Below are positions 1 to 7,376 of a stretch of 61,321 nucleotides of DNA, piece by piece. The stretch is from Verrucomicrobiia bacterium (lineage in GTDB: Bacteria > Verrucomicrobiota > Verrucomicrobiia > Limisphaerales > UBA11358): assembly GCA_041482195.1 (NCBI GenBank), contig JBGPDH010000001.1, forward strand, positions 1 to 61,321. The letters run 5' to 3'. Positions within the stretch are counted from its first letter, which is position 1. The number at the start of each line of letters is the position of its first letter. The position numbers were made by a program, and so were the translations under genes. The notes below the pieces were generated by a model. That model did no database searches, was not told where the DNA came from, and saw only the letters and a list, made by a program, of their open reading frames with translations.

Positions 1-103
1 AACCCGCCGACACGAATGTCGGCGCTACGTAGCGCAGGCTTTCCAGCCTGCGGGTTCCGGGGACTTTCCAGTCCCCGGACAAGGACAGTGTCAAGATGCA
101 CCC
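1..103. repeat. REP-like composite hairpin element (family 1), truncated by the window edge
   Basis: Chain of short GC hairpins: GCCGACA-cgaa-TGTCGGC (6-23), palindromic junction GCGCTAC/GTAGCGC (22-35), GCAGGCT-ttcc-AGCCTGC (34-51), GGGGACT-ttcc-AGTCCCC (59-76). The tail AGTGTCAAGATGCACCC (87-103) recurs at 56295-56311. The same hairpin units recur at 7246-7347 and 30806-30883. Confidence 0.8.
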
Positions 104-142
104 GAATTGGGGCCACCGATTTGAAGCGGAAACGCGACCGCC

Positions 143-1990
143 TCAGATATTATAATCGATGACGTCTTTGGAAGCTACGGAACCGTTGTCGAGCGGACGT
201 TCGTAAAACAGCCGGACATCGGCCTTCTGCGGCAGTAATTCCCGGGCCCGCACCAGCGCCCGCTTTGTGGCAATCGTCGGATTGAGTTCAGCCGGAAAGA
301 TGTTTTCCTCGCCAATTTGCTTCAACAGACCGCTGTTGCGCAACACCCGGGTCACATCCGGGCTGCTGCCGCTGATGAGCAGGTAACGATCCGTCTTGCG
401 CAGATAATCGTGAAGCGATTCCAACGCCATGACGGTGGTGGCGTCCAGATGCCGGGCATTTTTCATGCGGAGGATAAAGACGCGGATGTTTTCGTCCTCG
501 GCCTGACGGCGAACCTGGTCCTGAAACAAATCCGCTGCGCCGAAAAACAGTTCGCCCTCAACGTGAATGATGGAAATTTGGGGATTGGGCCGCTGGTTCC
601 GGTCGCGCAGTTCAGCCAGTTGCCCGCTCTCATTGAAGGTATATTCGGCCAGGGACGGTGTACTGGTTTTTTGCAGAAATAATGCCAGCGCCACACCGAT
701 GCCCACATAAATGGCGGTATCGAGTCTGAGAAACAGCGCGGCTCCCAACGTTGCAAAAAACACGATCGCATCCGATCGAGTGGAGCGGGTTGACACGCGG
801 ATTTGCGACCGGTTGATTAATTTGTAGCCGACCCGCATGAGCTGGGCGGCCAGGGCCGGCACGGGAATATAGTTAAAGACCCAGGTCAGAAAAAACAGGA
901 TGAGCAGGACCGCGACGCTGCTCATCATGGACGAAAGCTGTGAGACCGCACCGCTCTGGTAGTTGACGGCCGAACGGGTGAACGAGGAGGATCCGGGTGT
1001 CAACCCGAACAATCCGGTCGCGAGGTTGCCTGCCCCCATGCCGATCAGTTCCTGATTAGGATCCAAACGCTGGCCGCTGCGGGCGGCCAGGGTTTTGGTG
1101 ATGGCCGTGGCTTCGAGCATTCCGATGATAGCGATGGCCACGGCGCTGTCCGCCAGTTGGCGCAGGATCGGCAATTGATCCTCAAGCGAAGGAAGATGTT
1201 TGAGCGTGGGCAACGCGCCCATCAAGGCACCCTCATCTTTGACCAGATGAAAGGGCACTTCCGGATGATAATAAGCAAAAATCCGTGCGGCGACGCCCAG
1301 AAAGGCCAGTCCTAACAGCGCTTCCGGCCAGCCCGGCCGCCAGCGTTTGATCCCTTCAAAGATCACGAGTGTCAGCAAAACAATGCCAATGGACCACCAG
1401 GAGAAATTACCCATGCCGATGGCCACGCCGACTCCCTTGAAGGTGGTCAGAAAATTTTCTCCAGCCGGGCTTTGAAACCCCATCCCGTTGTGCAGCTGAC
1501 TGAAAACCAGAAGCACGCCAATCGCTGTCGTGTAACCCACCACCACCGAACGCGAGATGAATTTCGTGACTTCGCCAAAATTGAATAGTCCGGCAATAAA
1601 TTGGACGACGCCGATCATCATCGCCAGATAAGCAGCCAGTTGGAGCGGATGCAGGCCCAGATCGGTGTTGGACGCCAGCGTGGCCGCCGTGATGAGGCAA
1701 ATCGAGGTCGTGGGTCCGAAGACATGGTGGTGTGATGAAAAAAACAGCGCGCTGACAAAACCGCCCACTACCACCGAAAGGATCACCGGCATCGGCGGCA
1801 GGCCGAGGATCAGCGCAAAACCAATCGCCTGCGGGATGGAAACCAACGTCAGCGTTGCGCCGGCGATCGAGTCATGGCGGAACTTGTCCCAGGAATAGCG
1901 TCGCAGTTCGTCAACAAAGGGAAATCGCACCCGCCGGGGAACCCATTGCCAGCCACCGAAGACGCTACCGGGTTGGGAAAAGAAGTTCAT
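143..1990 (-). CDS. SulP-family anion (sulfate) permease with C-terminal STAS domain
   Basis: Multi-TM protein with a SulP-like N-terminus (YSWDKFRHDSIAGATLTLVSIPQAIGFALILGLPP) and a STAS-like C-terminus (IIHVEGELFFGAADLF ... ILRMKNARHLDATTVMALESL). The start is placed at the ATG giving MNFFSQ; the ORF extends to 2059. Confidence 0.9.
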   Translation of the reverse strand: MNFFSQPGSVFGGWQWVPRRVRFPFVDELRRYSWDKFRHDSIAGATLTLVSIPQAIGFALILGLPPMPVILSVVVGGFVSALFFSSHHHVFGPTTSICLITAATLASNTDLGLHPLQLAAYLAMMIGVVQFIAGLFNFGEVTKFISRSVVVGYTTAIGVLLVFSQLHNGMGFQSPAGENFLTTFKGVGVAIGMGNFSWWSIGIVLLTLVIFEGIKRWRPGWPEALLGLAFLGVAARIFAYYHPEVPFHLVKDEGALMGALPTLKHLPSLEDQLPILRQLADSAVAIAIIGMLEATAITKTLAARSGQRLDPNQELIGMGAGNLATGLFGLTPGSSSFTRSAVNYQSGAVSQLSSMMSSVAVLLILFFLTWVFNYIPVPALAAQLMRVGYKLINRSQIRVSTRSTRSDAIVFFATLGAALFLRLDTAIYVGIGVALALFLQKTSTPSLAEYTFNESGQLAELRDRNQRPNPQISIIHVEGELFFGAADLFQDQVRRQAEDENIRVFILRMKNARHLDATTVMALESLHDYLRKTDRYLLISGSSPDVTRVLRNSGLLKQIGEENIFPAELNPTIATKRALVRARELLPQKADVRLFYERPLDNGSVASKDVIDYNI

Positions 1991-2166
1991 GGCAAACCAT
2001 CGCGGCAAAATTGGCAAAATACCTGCATATCCTCCGCCATAGAGCAGATTTGAAACCACTGCTCAAACTCGTTACTAGCTTAAATCGTGTCTTCGCGAAA
2101 GCAACGGGAACTTGCTGGCAGTAAGGTAACCAGGGAAGCACTTGCCACGCCGCCGGAAGCACCATC

Positions 2167-2745
2167 CTACCAGGTTACCGGCACGGTCATTTTTTTGCCG
2201 AATCGGTTGTTATAGTGTAGCTGCCGGTGTTTCAGGCCGTATTCGTGGACGAGCTTCGTCAGTTTCACATCATAGCAGCAGTACTCGGCGATTTCCGCGA
2301 GTTTGCCGTCCTTGAACCAACGAATGGCCTGCATGCCTTCCGCCGTTTTTTCCACGCCAAACGTCGCCGTCGCAATCGAATCCAGCGAGAGCCGGTGCTG
2401 CAATTTGTTTTGCAACTCCACCATCATGTCCAGCGTTGGCAACTGGCGCAGATCGAACGTCGTGTAGCCATGCAACACCTCATAATCAAACCGCAGGATG
2501 TTGAAACCCACCACCAGGTCCGCACGCTGCAAATCCGCAATCAGGTCGTTTACCTGTTTCTCACCGTAAATCGTGTAATCGCCGCGTGCCGTGCTGAACG
2601 TCACGCCGAGGCTCATGGCCATTTTGGAAATATGGTTCCAACCGCCCACCTCCTCGGCGGACTTTTGCGTTTCCAAATCGAAATAGACGATGTTCTTTGC
2701 CACGTTTTCAGACTTACAGTTTGTGCCTCGCGATTCGCAGCCCAT
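2167..2745 (-). CDS. DEDDy-type 3'-5' exonuclease (RNase H-like fold, PolB-exonuclease-like)
   Basis: Exo motifs VYFDLETQ (DxE), VVGFNILRFDYEVL (NxxFD) and EYCCYDVKL (Yx3D). The start codon is uncertain. Confidence 0.7.
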   Translation of the reverse strand: MGCESRGTNCKSENVAKNIVYFDLETQKSAEEVGGWNHISKMAMSLGVTFSTARGDYTIYGEKQVNDLIADLQRADLVVGFNILRFDYEVLHGYTTFDLRQLPTLDMMVELQNKLQHRLSLDSIATATFGVEKTAEGMQAIRWFKDGKLAEIAEYCCYDVKLTKLVHEYGLKHRQLHYNNRFGKKMTVPVTW

Positions 2746-2766
2746 CTTCGCAATTCACGCAGGTCG

Positions 2767-2826
2767 CGTAAATCGTAAATCGTAAACTAAAATGACTTTG
2801 GACTTTGAACTTTGGACCTGGGACTT
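2767..2826. repeat. Two adjacent heptanucleotide tandem arrays in a divergent promoter region
   Basis: CGTAAAT CGTAAAT CGTAAAC (2767-2787), then GACTTTG GACTTTG AACTTTG GACCTGG GACTT (2794-2826). Confidence 0.85.
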
Positions 2827-2837
2827 ATATTGCCCGC

Positions 2838-3413
2838 ATGGCACTGACCCCTTCAACCATGCTGCCGCTCGGCACGACAGCGCCCGATTTCAAGCTGCCG
2901 GATACCAATGGGAAAACGGTTTCGCTGGGTGATTTCAAGGACAAGTCCGCGTTGCTGGTCCTGTTCATCTGCAATCATTGTCCCTATGTAAAACACATCC
3001 GCGCCGGCCTCGCGCAACTGGCGCGTGATTATCTGCCAAAACACGTCGCTATCGTCGGTATCAATTCCAACGACGTGGACAACTACCCTGAAGACAGTCC
3101 GGCAAAAATGAAGGAGGAAGTGAAATCCGCGGGCTACACGTTCCCGTATCTCTACGACGAATCGCAGGCCGTTGCCAAAGCCTATCATGCCGCCTGCACG
3201 CCGGATATCTACCTGTTCGCCAAGAACCTCAAGCTCGTCTATCGCGGCCAGTTTGACGACAGCCGGCCCGGCAATGGAATCCCCGCGACCGGAAAGGATT
3301 TGCGCGCCGCGCTGGACACCGTGCTGGCCGGCAAGCCCGTTTCGCCAAACCAAAAAGCCAGCGTCGGCTGCAATATCAAATGGAAGTCAGGCAACGAACC
3401 GGACTACTTTTAA
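2838..3413 (+). CDS. Thioredoxin-fold protein (AhpC/TSA or redoxin-like thiol-disulfide oxidoreductase)
   Basis: PDFKLPDTNGKTVSL ... LVLFICNHCPYVKH places a CxxC in a redoxin context. The first in-frame ATG is used, because the TTG at 2805 lies inside the heptamer repeat. Confidence 0.8.
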   Translation: MALTPSTMLPLGTTAPDFKLPDTNGKTVSLGDFKDKSALLVLFICNHCPYVKHIRAGLAQLARDYLPKHVAIVGINSNDVDNYPEDSPAKMKEEVKSAGYTFPYLYDESQAVAKAYHAACTPDIYLFAKNLKLVYRGQFDDSRPGNGIPATGKDLRAALDTVLAGKPVSPNQKASVGCNIKWKSGNEPDYF

Positions 3414-3442
3414 GGCAGAAGGTAAAATGAAGAATGCAGAAG

Positions 3443-3799
3443 TCAGTCGCCGCGGGCACGCTTTGAAATCGTAACGAAAATGGCAACAAGTTCATTTGCC
3501 TCCTGAAGCAACGGGGACAAACGCGTTCGGAAGACTACCTTTTCATCCATCAAAAGTTCAAGCCAATAAACGGTTTCGTCGGTTTCTTTCAGACAATCGC
3601 CAATTTTTGAAACGAACTCGGCCTTTGAACGCGCACGATTGGCCTCGCGATAATTTGCCCCGACTGAAGTCCCGGAGCGTAACACCTGCTTACCAAGAAC
3701 CTGTGCAACGGTTTCTTTGGGCAGCGCACAGTAAAGCCGTATTATTCGACGGGCGAAATCCTTTGTGCGTGCAGCGAGGTCTTTTTCTTCATTCTGCAT
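3443..3799 (-). CDS. Four-helix-bundle protein (23S rRNA intervening-sequence protein family)
   Basis: MQNEEKDLAARTKDFARRIIRLYCALPK ... LRSGTSVGANYREANRARSKAEFVSKIGDCLKETDETVYWLELL is the typical family signature. The longer ORF to 4027 overlaps gmhA and was trimmed to the ATG at 3799. Confidence 0.85.
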   Translation of the reverse strand: MQNEEKDLAARTKDFARRIIRLYCALPKETVAQVLGKQVLRSGTSVGANYREANRARSKAEFVSKIGDCLKETDETVYWLELLMDEKVVFRTRLSPLLQEANELVAIFVTISKRARGD

Positions 3800-3809
3800 T
3801 CTTCCTTCT

Positions 3810-4376
3810 TCATTTCCTGGGAAGTTTTTCCTCCACCATTTCGCAGAGCACGTGCATGAGCAGCTTGTGGCCTTCCTGAATGCGCGCGGTCTTGTCGCCC
3901 GGCACCAGGAGATCCAGCGTCGCCACGCCTTTGGTAAAACTGCCGTCACGGCCCAGAAAACAGATGCTTTCAATGCCTTCGCGTTTGGCTTCTTCGAGCG
4001 CCTTGAGCACGTTCTTTGACTTGCCACTGGTCGTTAACGCAATGAGCACGTCGCCTTTTTCGGCCAGACCACGGATTTGGCGGGCGAACATTTCGTCGAC
4101 GCTGTAATCGTTGCAAACGGCAGTCAGGAACCCGCCGTCGGCGGTCAGGGAAATGGCCGGATACGGCCGGCGATCTTCCACGAAGCGGCAGAGAAACTCC
4201 GAGGCCAGATGCGTGGCGTCCGAGGCGCTGCCGCCATTGCCGCAGGTGAGCAACTTGTGACCCGAAGTCAGACAACGCAGAACCATCTGGGCAGCACGAT
4301 TCAGCGGCTCTTCCAAATCCGCCAGTCCGCGAATAGTTTTAACGGAATCATCAATCGCCCGTTGCAAGAGAGTCAT
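3810..4376 (-). CDS. gmhA: D-sedoheptulose-7-phosphate isomerase (SIS domain)
   Basis: LLTCGNGGSASDATHLASEF ... DVLIALTTSGKSKNVL ... GHKLLMHVLCE. Confidence 0.9.
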   Translation of the reverse strand: MTLLQRAIDDSVKTIRGLADLEEPLNRAAQMVLRCLTSGHKLLTCGNGGSASDATHLASEFLCRFVEDRRPYPAISLTADGGFLTAVCNDYSVDEMFARQIRGLAEKGDVLIALTTSGKSKNVLKALEEAKREGIESICFLGRDGSFTKGVATLDLLVPGDKTARIQEGHKLLMHVLCEMVEEKLPRK

Positions 4377-4417
4377 GCGTGCAAAGTTAACGGTTGGCCG
4401 TTGAAAGAAAAGGCGAA

Positions 4418-5257
4418 ATGAAGTATCGCTTGGGTATGCCTGACCAAAGCCATCATGACAGATTGGCGTTCACTTTGGTCGAACTTTTGGTCGTCATTGC
4501 CATCATCGCAATTCTGGCCGCGCTTCTGCTGGCTGCGGTCGTTCAGGCCAAAGAACGAGCACAACAAATTCATTGCGCCAACAACGTGCGGCAACTGGGA
4601 ATTGCGTTACAGGGTTTCGCGGTAGAAAATAATGTTTACCCTCTATATGTAAATCCGGTTTATTCAAATGGGACATTTCAAGGCTTTGCATCATCTTGGA
4701 GAAGTGACGTTCAAAACGGGCTATACGCTCGTTCCCTGATTCGTGTCGAGGGATCGTCCCCTGGATCATATCCGGCGGAAGGTATATGGCATTGCCCTTC
4801 TGCATATCGTCCCGCTAGTTTTCCAAATCAGCCATATGTGCTTGGATATGATGATTATGGTTACAATAGTTTTGGTATGAGCGAGCAAACAGATACGAAC
4901 GCACTTGGACTTGGTGGTCATTATGTTTGGAACGATTTATATTATCCGCCTCCGGCTGTAAACATATCGGAGGTTGTGGCTCCCAGTGAAATGATGGCGA
5001 TTGGTGATGGATTCATGGGCAATAATGGAATTATTCGAGATGGGGAGCAGATTTTGTGGCGGACTTACAACGTGACAAATTTTTTTGATAGTACAAAGAG
5101 AGCCTATGCACGCCATCAAGGCAAAGCCAATGTAGTGTTTTGCGACGGCCATGTTGAATCGCCGACGTTGCAATTTTTGTTTGAAGATACCAGCGACACC
5201 GCCCTGGTTCGTTGGAATCGCGACCATCTGCCGCACCGCGAAAAATTATCGCCCTGA
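4418..5257 (+). CDS. Prepilin-type N-terminal cleavage/methylation protein, DUF1559 (H-X9-DG) family
   Basis: [22 protein letters not shown] class-III signal, and C-terminal [15 protein letters not shown] (H-X9-DG). Confidence 0.9.
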   Translation: MKYRLGMPDQSHHDRLAFTLVELLVVIAIIAILAALLLAAVVQAKERAQQIHCANNVRQLGIALQGFAVENNVYPLYVNPVYSNGTFQGFASSWRSDVQNGLYARSLIRVEGSSPGSYPAEGIWHCPSAYRPASFPNQPYVLGYDDYGYNSFGMSEQTDTNALGLGGHYVWNDLYYPPPAVNISEVVAPSEMMAIGDGFMGNNGIIRDGEQILWRTYNVTNFFDSTKRAYARHQGKANVVFCDGHVESPTLQFLFEDTSDTALVRWNRDHLPHREKLSP

Positions 5258-5276
5258 ACCGGCAGATCTTGAATCA

Positions 5277-5330
5277 AGAAAGCAAGAAGGCAGGATTTGT
5301 CTTTTCCTGAATTCCTGCTTTCTTTATTGA
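5277..5330 (+). terminator. Putative intrinsic terminator hairpin after the DUF1559 gene
   Basis: AAGAAAGCA (5277-5285) pairs with TGCTTTCTT (5317-5325). There is an inner CAGGA/TCCTG stem and a T-rich 3' flank. Confidence 0.4.
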
Positions 5331-5375
5331 TGTCTCCGCGCTTGAGGCTTTCACCAAACCAGTTATTCTTCGGCT

Positions 5376-5600
5376 ATGCCGATTTACGAATTTCATTGCG
5401 AAAAATGCGAGCGCGACAGTGAAATCCTTGTCCGCTCCAGCGATTGGAAAGGCACTGCCTGCCCGCATTGCGGCTCAACCAAATTATCCAAGAAGCTTTC
5501 AGTCTTCGCTTCCGCCGGCGGAGATGGTGCTTCCACGCCCTCGCCGGACAGTGGAAATGGCGGCGGCCATTGTTGCGGCGGCGGGTGCAGTTGCCACTAA
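5376..5600 (+). CDS. FmdB-family zinc-ribbon protein (CxxC...CxxC)
   Basis: MPIYEFHCEKCERDSEILV ... CPHCGSTKLSKKLS, with a Gly/Cys-rich tail GGGHCCGGGCSCH. Confidence 0.85.
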   Translation: MPIYEFHCEKCERDSEILVRSSDWKGTACPHCGSTKLSKKLSVFASAGGDGASTPSPDSGNGGGHCCGGGCSCH

Positions 5601-5603
5601 TTT

Positions 5604-5657
5604 GGTAGGGACGCCGCGCCGCGGCGTCCGCGGACAGCGCAGCGCGCTGTCCCTACC
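5604..5657. repeat. Nested GC-rich double hairpin between convergent genes
   Basis: GGTAGGG [GGACGCCGCG-cc-CGCGGCGTCC] [GGACAGCGC-agc-GCGCTGTCC] CTACC. It overlaps the stop codon of the HAD gene. Confidence 0.8.
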
Positions 5658-6330
5658 TACAAACCTCCTCCGCAGTGACTCGCGTCAAATCCTCAACCAC
5701 CCAGTCCGGCTGATGCTTTTTTAGTTCGTCCAATTTGGCGCCGCCGGTGGCCACGGCCAGTATTTTCGCGCCAATGTGCCGCCCGCAACGGATGTCGTGC
5801 GGCGTATCGCCCACCACGACGATTTCCTCGCCGCGCAATGGCCGGCCCTGCACACGGCTACCGCGTTCAAGCGCTGCCACGGCGATCTGATTGCGATCTT
5901 CGTTATCGTCGGCAAAGCCGCCGATTTCAAAAACATCCCAAAGATCGTAGCGGCGCAATTTGATTTCCGCGCCCAGGCGGATGTTGCCGGTGAGCAAACC
6001 GAGCATCGGCGGATTCGGCAGGGCCAGTAGACTCTTAATGAACTCCAACACCCCACGGCAGGTGCCGCCTTGGCTTTGCGCAACGGTCTGGTCGAGCCAG
6101 AAAACGTAATTTTCAAAGAACCGCCGGAAATTCTCCGGCGTCGCCGCAATCCGGTGAATCCCGAAAAATTCGCGCACCAGATTTACATCCGTCCGCCCGG
6201 CAAAGCTGATTTTTTCGACCCCATCAAGCGCGTTGAACTCGGTGGTAAACGTCTTCGCAAACGCCTTAATGCCAGCACCGCCGGTATGAACCAGCGTGCC
6301 GTCAATGTCGAACAATACGAGTCGCACCAT
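5653..6330 (-). CDS. HAD-superfamily hydrolase (phosphoglycolate-phosphatase-like)
   Basis: LVLFDIDGTLV motif I, LLTGN motif II region, VVVGDTPHDIRCG motif IV. Confidence 0.85.
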   Translation of the reverse strand: MVRLVLFDIDGTLVHTGGAGIKAFAKTFTTEFNALDGVEKISFAGRTDVNLVREFFGIHRIAATPENFRRFFENYVFWLDQTVAQSQGGTCRGVLEFIKSLLALPNPPMLGLLTGNIRLGAEIKLRRYDLWDVFEIGGFADDNEDRNQIAVAALERGSRVQGRPLRGEEIVVVGDTPHDIRCGRHIGAKILAVATGGAKLDELKKHQPDWVVEDLTRVTAEEVCR

Positions 6331-6461
6331 CAGACGGGAAGGTAATCATTATTGAGGTGACAGGCAACGCGGCGTTGGAACAGTGAATAAGTTTTTATTG
6401 ACTAAGATTTGATTCATATTTTATACAACTAATCGTCTCAGAGGGACTGGATGGTCAGAAC

Positions 6462-7112
6462 ATGCCGCGAACCCGCGCGTTCACGCTTATCGAACTGTTG
6501 ATGGTCATGGCGATAATCGCCATCCTCGCCGCATTGTTGTTATCCGCCATCCGGCATGTCAAAGCCTCGGCGCACGCGGTTACCTGCAAGAACAATCTCA
6601 AACAATGGGGAACCGCGACACAACTTTTTGCGGCGGATCATGGTGATCGGCTTCCCAAAGATGGCGCCTTCGATGGCGGCTCCATCAAAGAAGGGTGGTA
6701 CATTGACTTGCCGCGCACATTGGGATTACCCACGTACAGAGAAATGGCGTGGCGTACAAACAAACACATTGAACCTGGTCGTTGCATTTGGATTTGTCCG
6801 GCAAATCCTCGCCGCAGTAACAGCAATGAATTGTTCCATTACTGCCTCAACAAAAACGTAAACGGCACCGGCACCGGCAATCAGATCAGGCTTGTCTCCA
6901 TTCCTCATCCTTCGGTCACGGTCTGGCTATTTGATAACGGCGGTATTGCCGCGGTGGCACAATGGAACAACGTTCATTCCAATTTGCATAGCCATGGTGC
7001 GCAATTTACTTTTCTCGATGGTCACGTTGCCTGGTTCAAAAACAAGGAGTATTGGAATTTCAAAACCAACAAAGGCCTGACCAACAATCCGAAATTGGTC
7101 TGGTTCCCCTGA
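6462..7112 (+). CDS. Prepilin-type N-terminal cleavage/methylation protein, DUF1559 (H-X9-DG) family
   Basis: [22 protein letters not shown] and [14 protein letters not shown]. Confidence 0.9.
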   Translation: MPRTRAFTLIELLMVMAIIAILAALLLSAIRHVKASAHAVTCKNNLKQWGTATQLFAADHGDRLPKDGAFDGGSIKEGWYIDLPRTLGLPTYREMAWRTNKHIEPGRCIWICPANPRRSNSNELFHYCLNKNVNGTGTGNQIRLVSIPHPSVTVWLFDNGGIAAVAQWNNVHSNLHSHGAQFTFLDGHVAWFKNKEYWNFKTNKGLTNNPKLVWFP

Positions 7113-7136
7113 CAGGCCGTATAAAAAACATTCCTC

Positions 7137-7208
7137 GTACCTGCCGAGGTAACGAGGCTCTGATCTATTTCCGATTTCCGGTTAGAGCCTCCTTACGTCC
7201 GCTGCTAC
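7137..7208. repeat. Family-2 hairpin element (imperfect 24-nt inverted arms)
   Basis: GTACCTGCCGAGGTAACGAGGCTC (7137-7160) versus GAGCCTCCTTACGTCCGCTGCTAC (7185-7208) gives 19/24 complementary positions. The same arm sequence occurs at 10196-10273. Confidence 0.7.
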
Positions 7209-7245
7209 CAAATAAATGGACCGCTGAGGCGTCTCCAGTTATGAC

Positions 7246-7347
7246 GTAGCGCAGGCTTTCCGGCCTGCGAGTTTGGCGACTTTCCAGTCGCCCAAAGCAC
7301 GGGACAAGAATGTCCCGTCAACTCGCGGACAGGAATGTCCGCGCTAC
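7246..7347. repeat. REP-like composite hairpin element (family 1), complete copy
   Basis: Bounded by GTAGCGC (7246-7252) and GCGCTAC (7341-7347). Internal hairpins are GCAGGCT-ttcc-GGCCTGC, GGCGACT-ttcc-AGTCGCC, GGGACA-agaa-TGTCCC and GCGGACA-ggaa-TGTCCGC. Confidence 0.85.
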
Positions 7348-7376
7348 ATAAAACATGGAACCGCTTTAACGCGAAG

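Noticed and set aside
3800-4027. Longer 194-aa version of the four-helix-bundle ORF.
   Set aside because: The upstream 76 codons overlap gmhA on the same strand in another frame and are Arg/Cys/Trp-rich nonsense. The family signature begins at the internal ATG at 3799.
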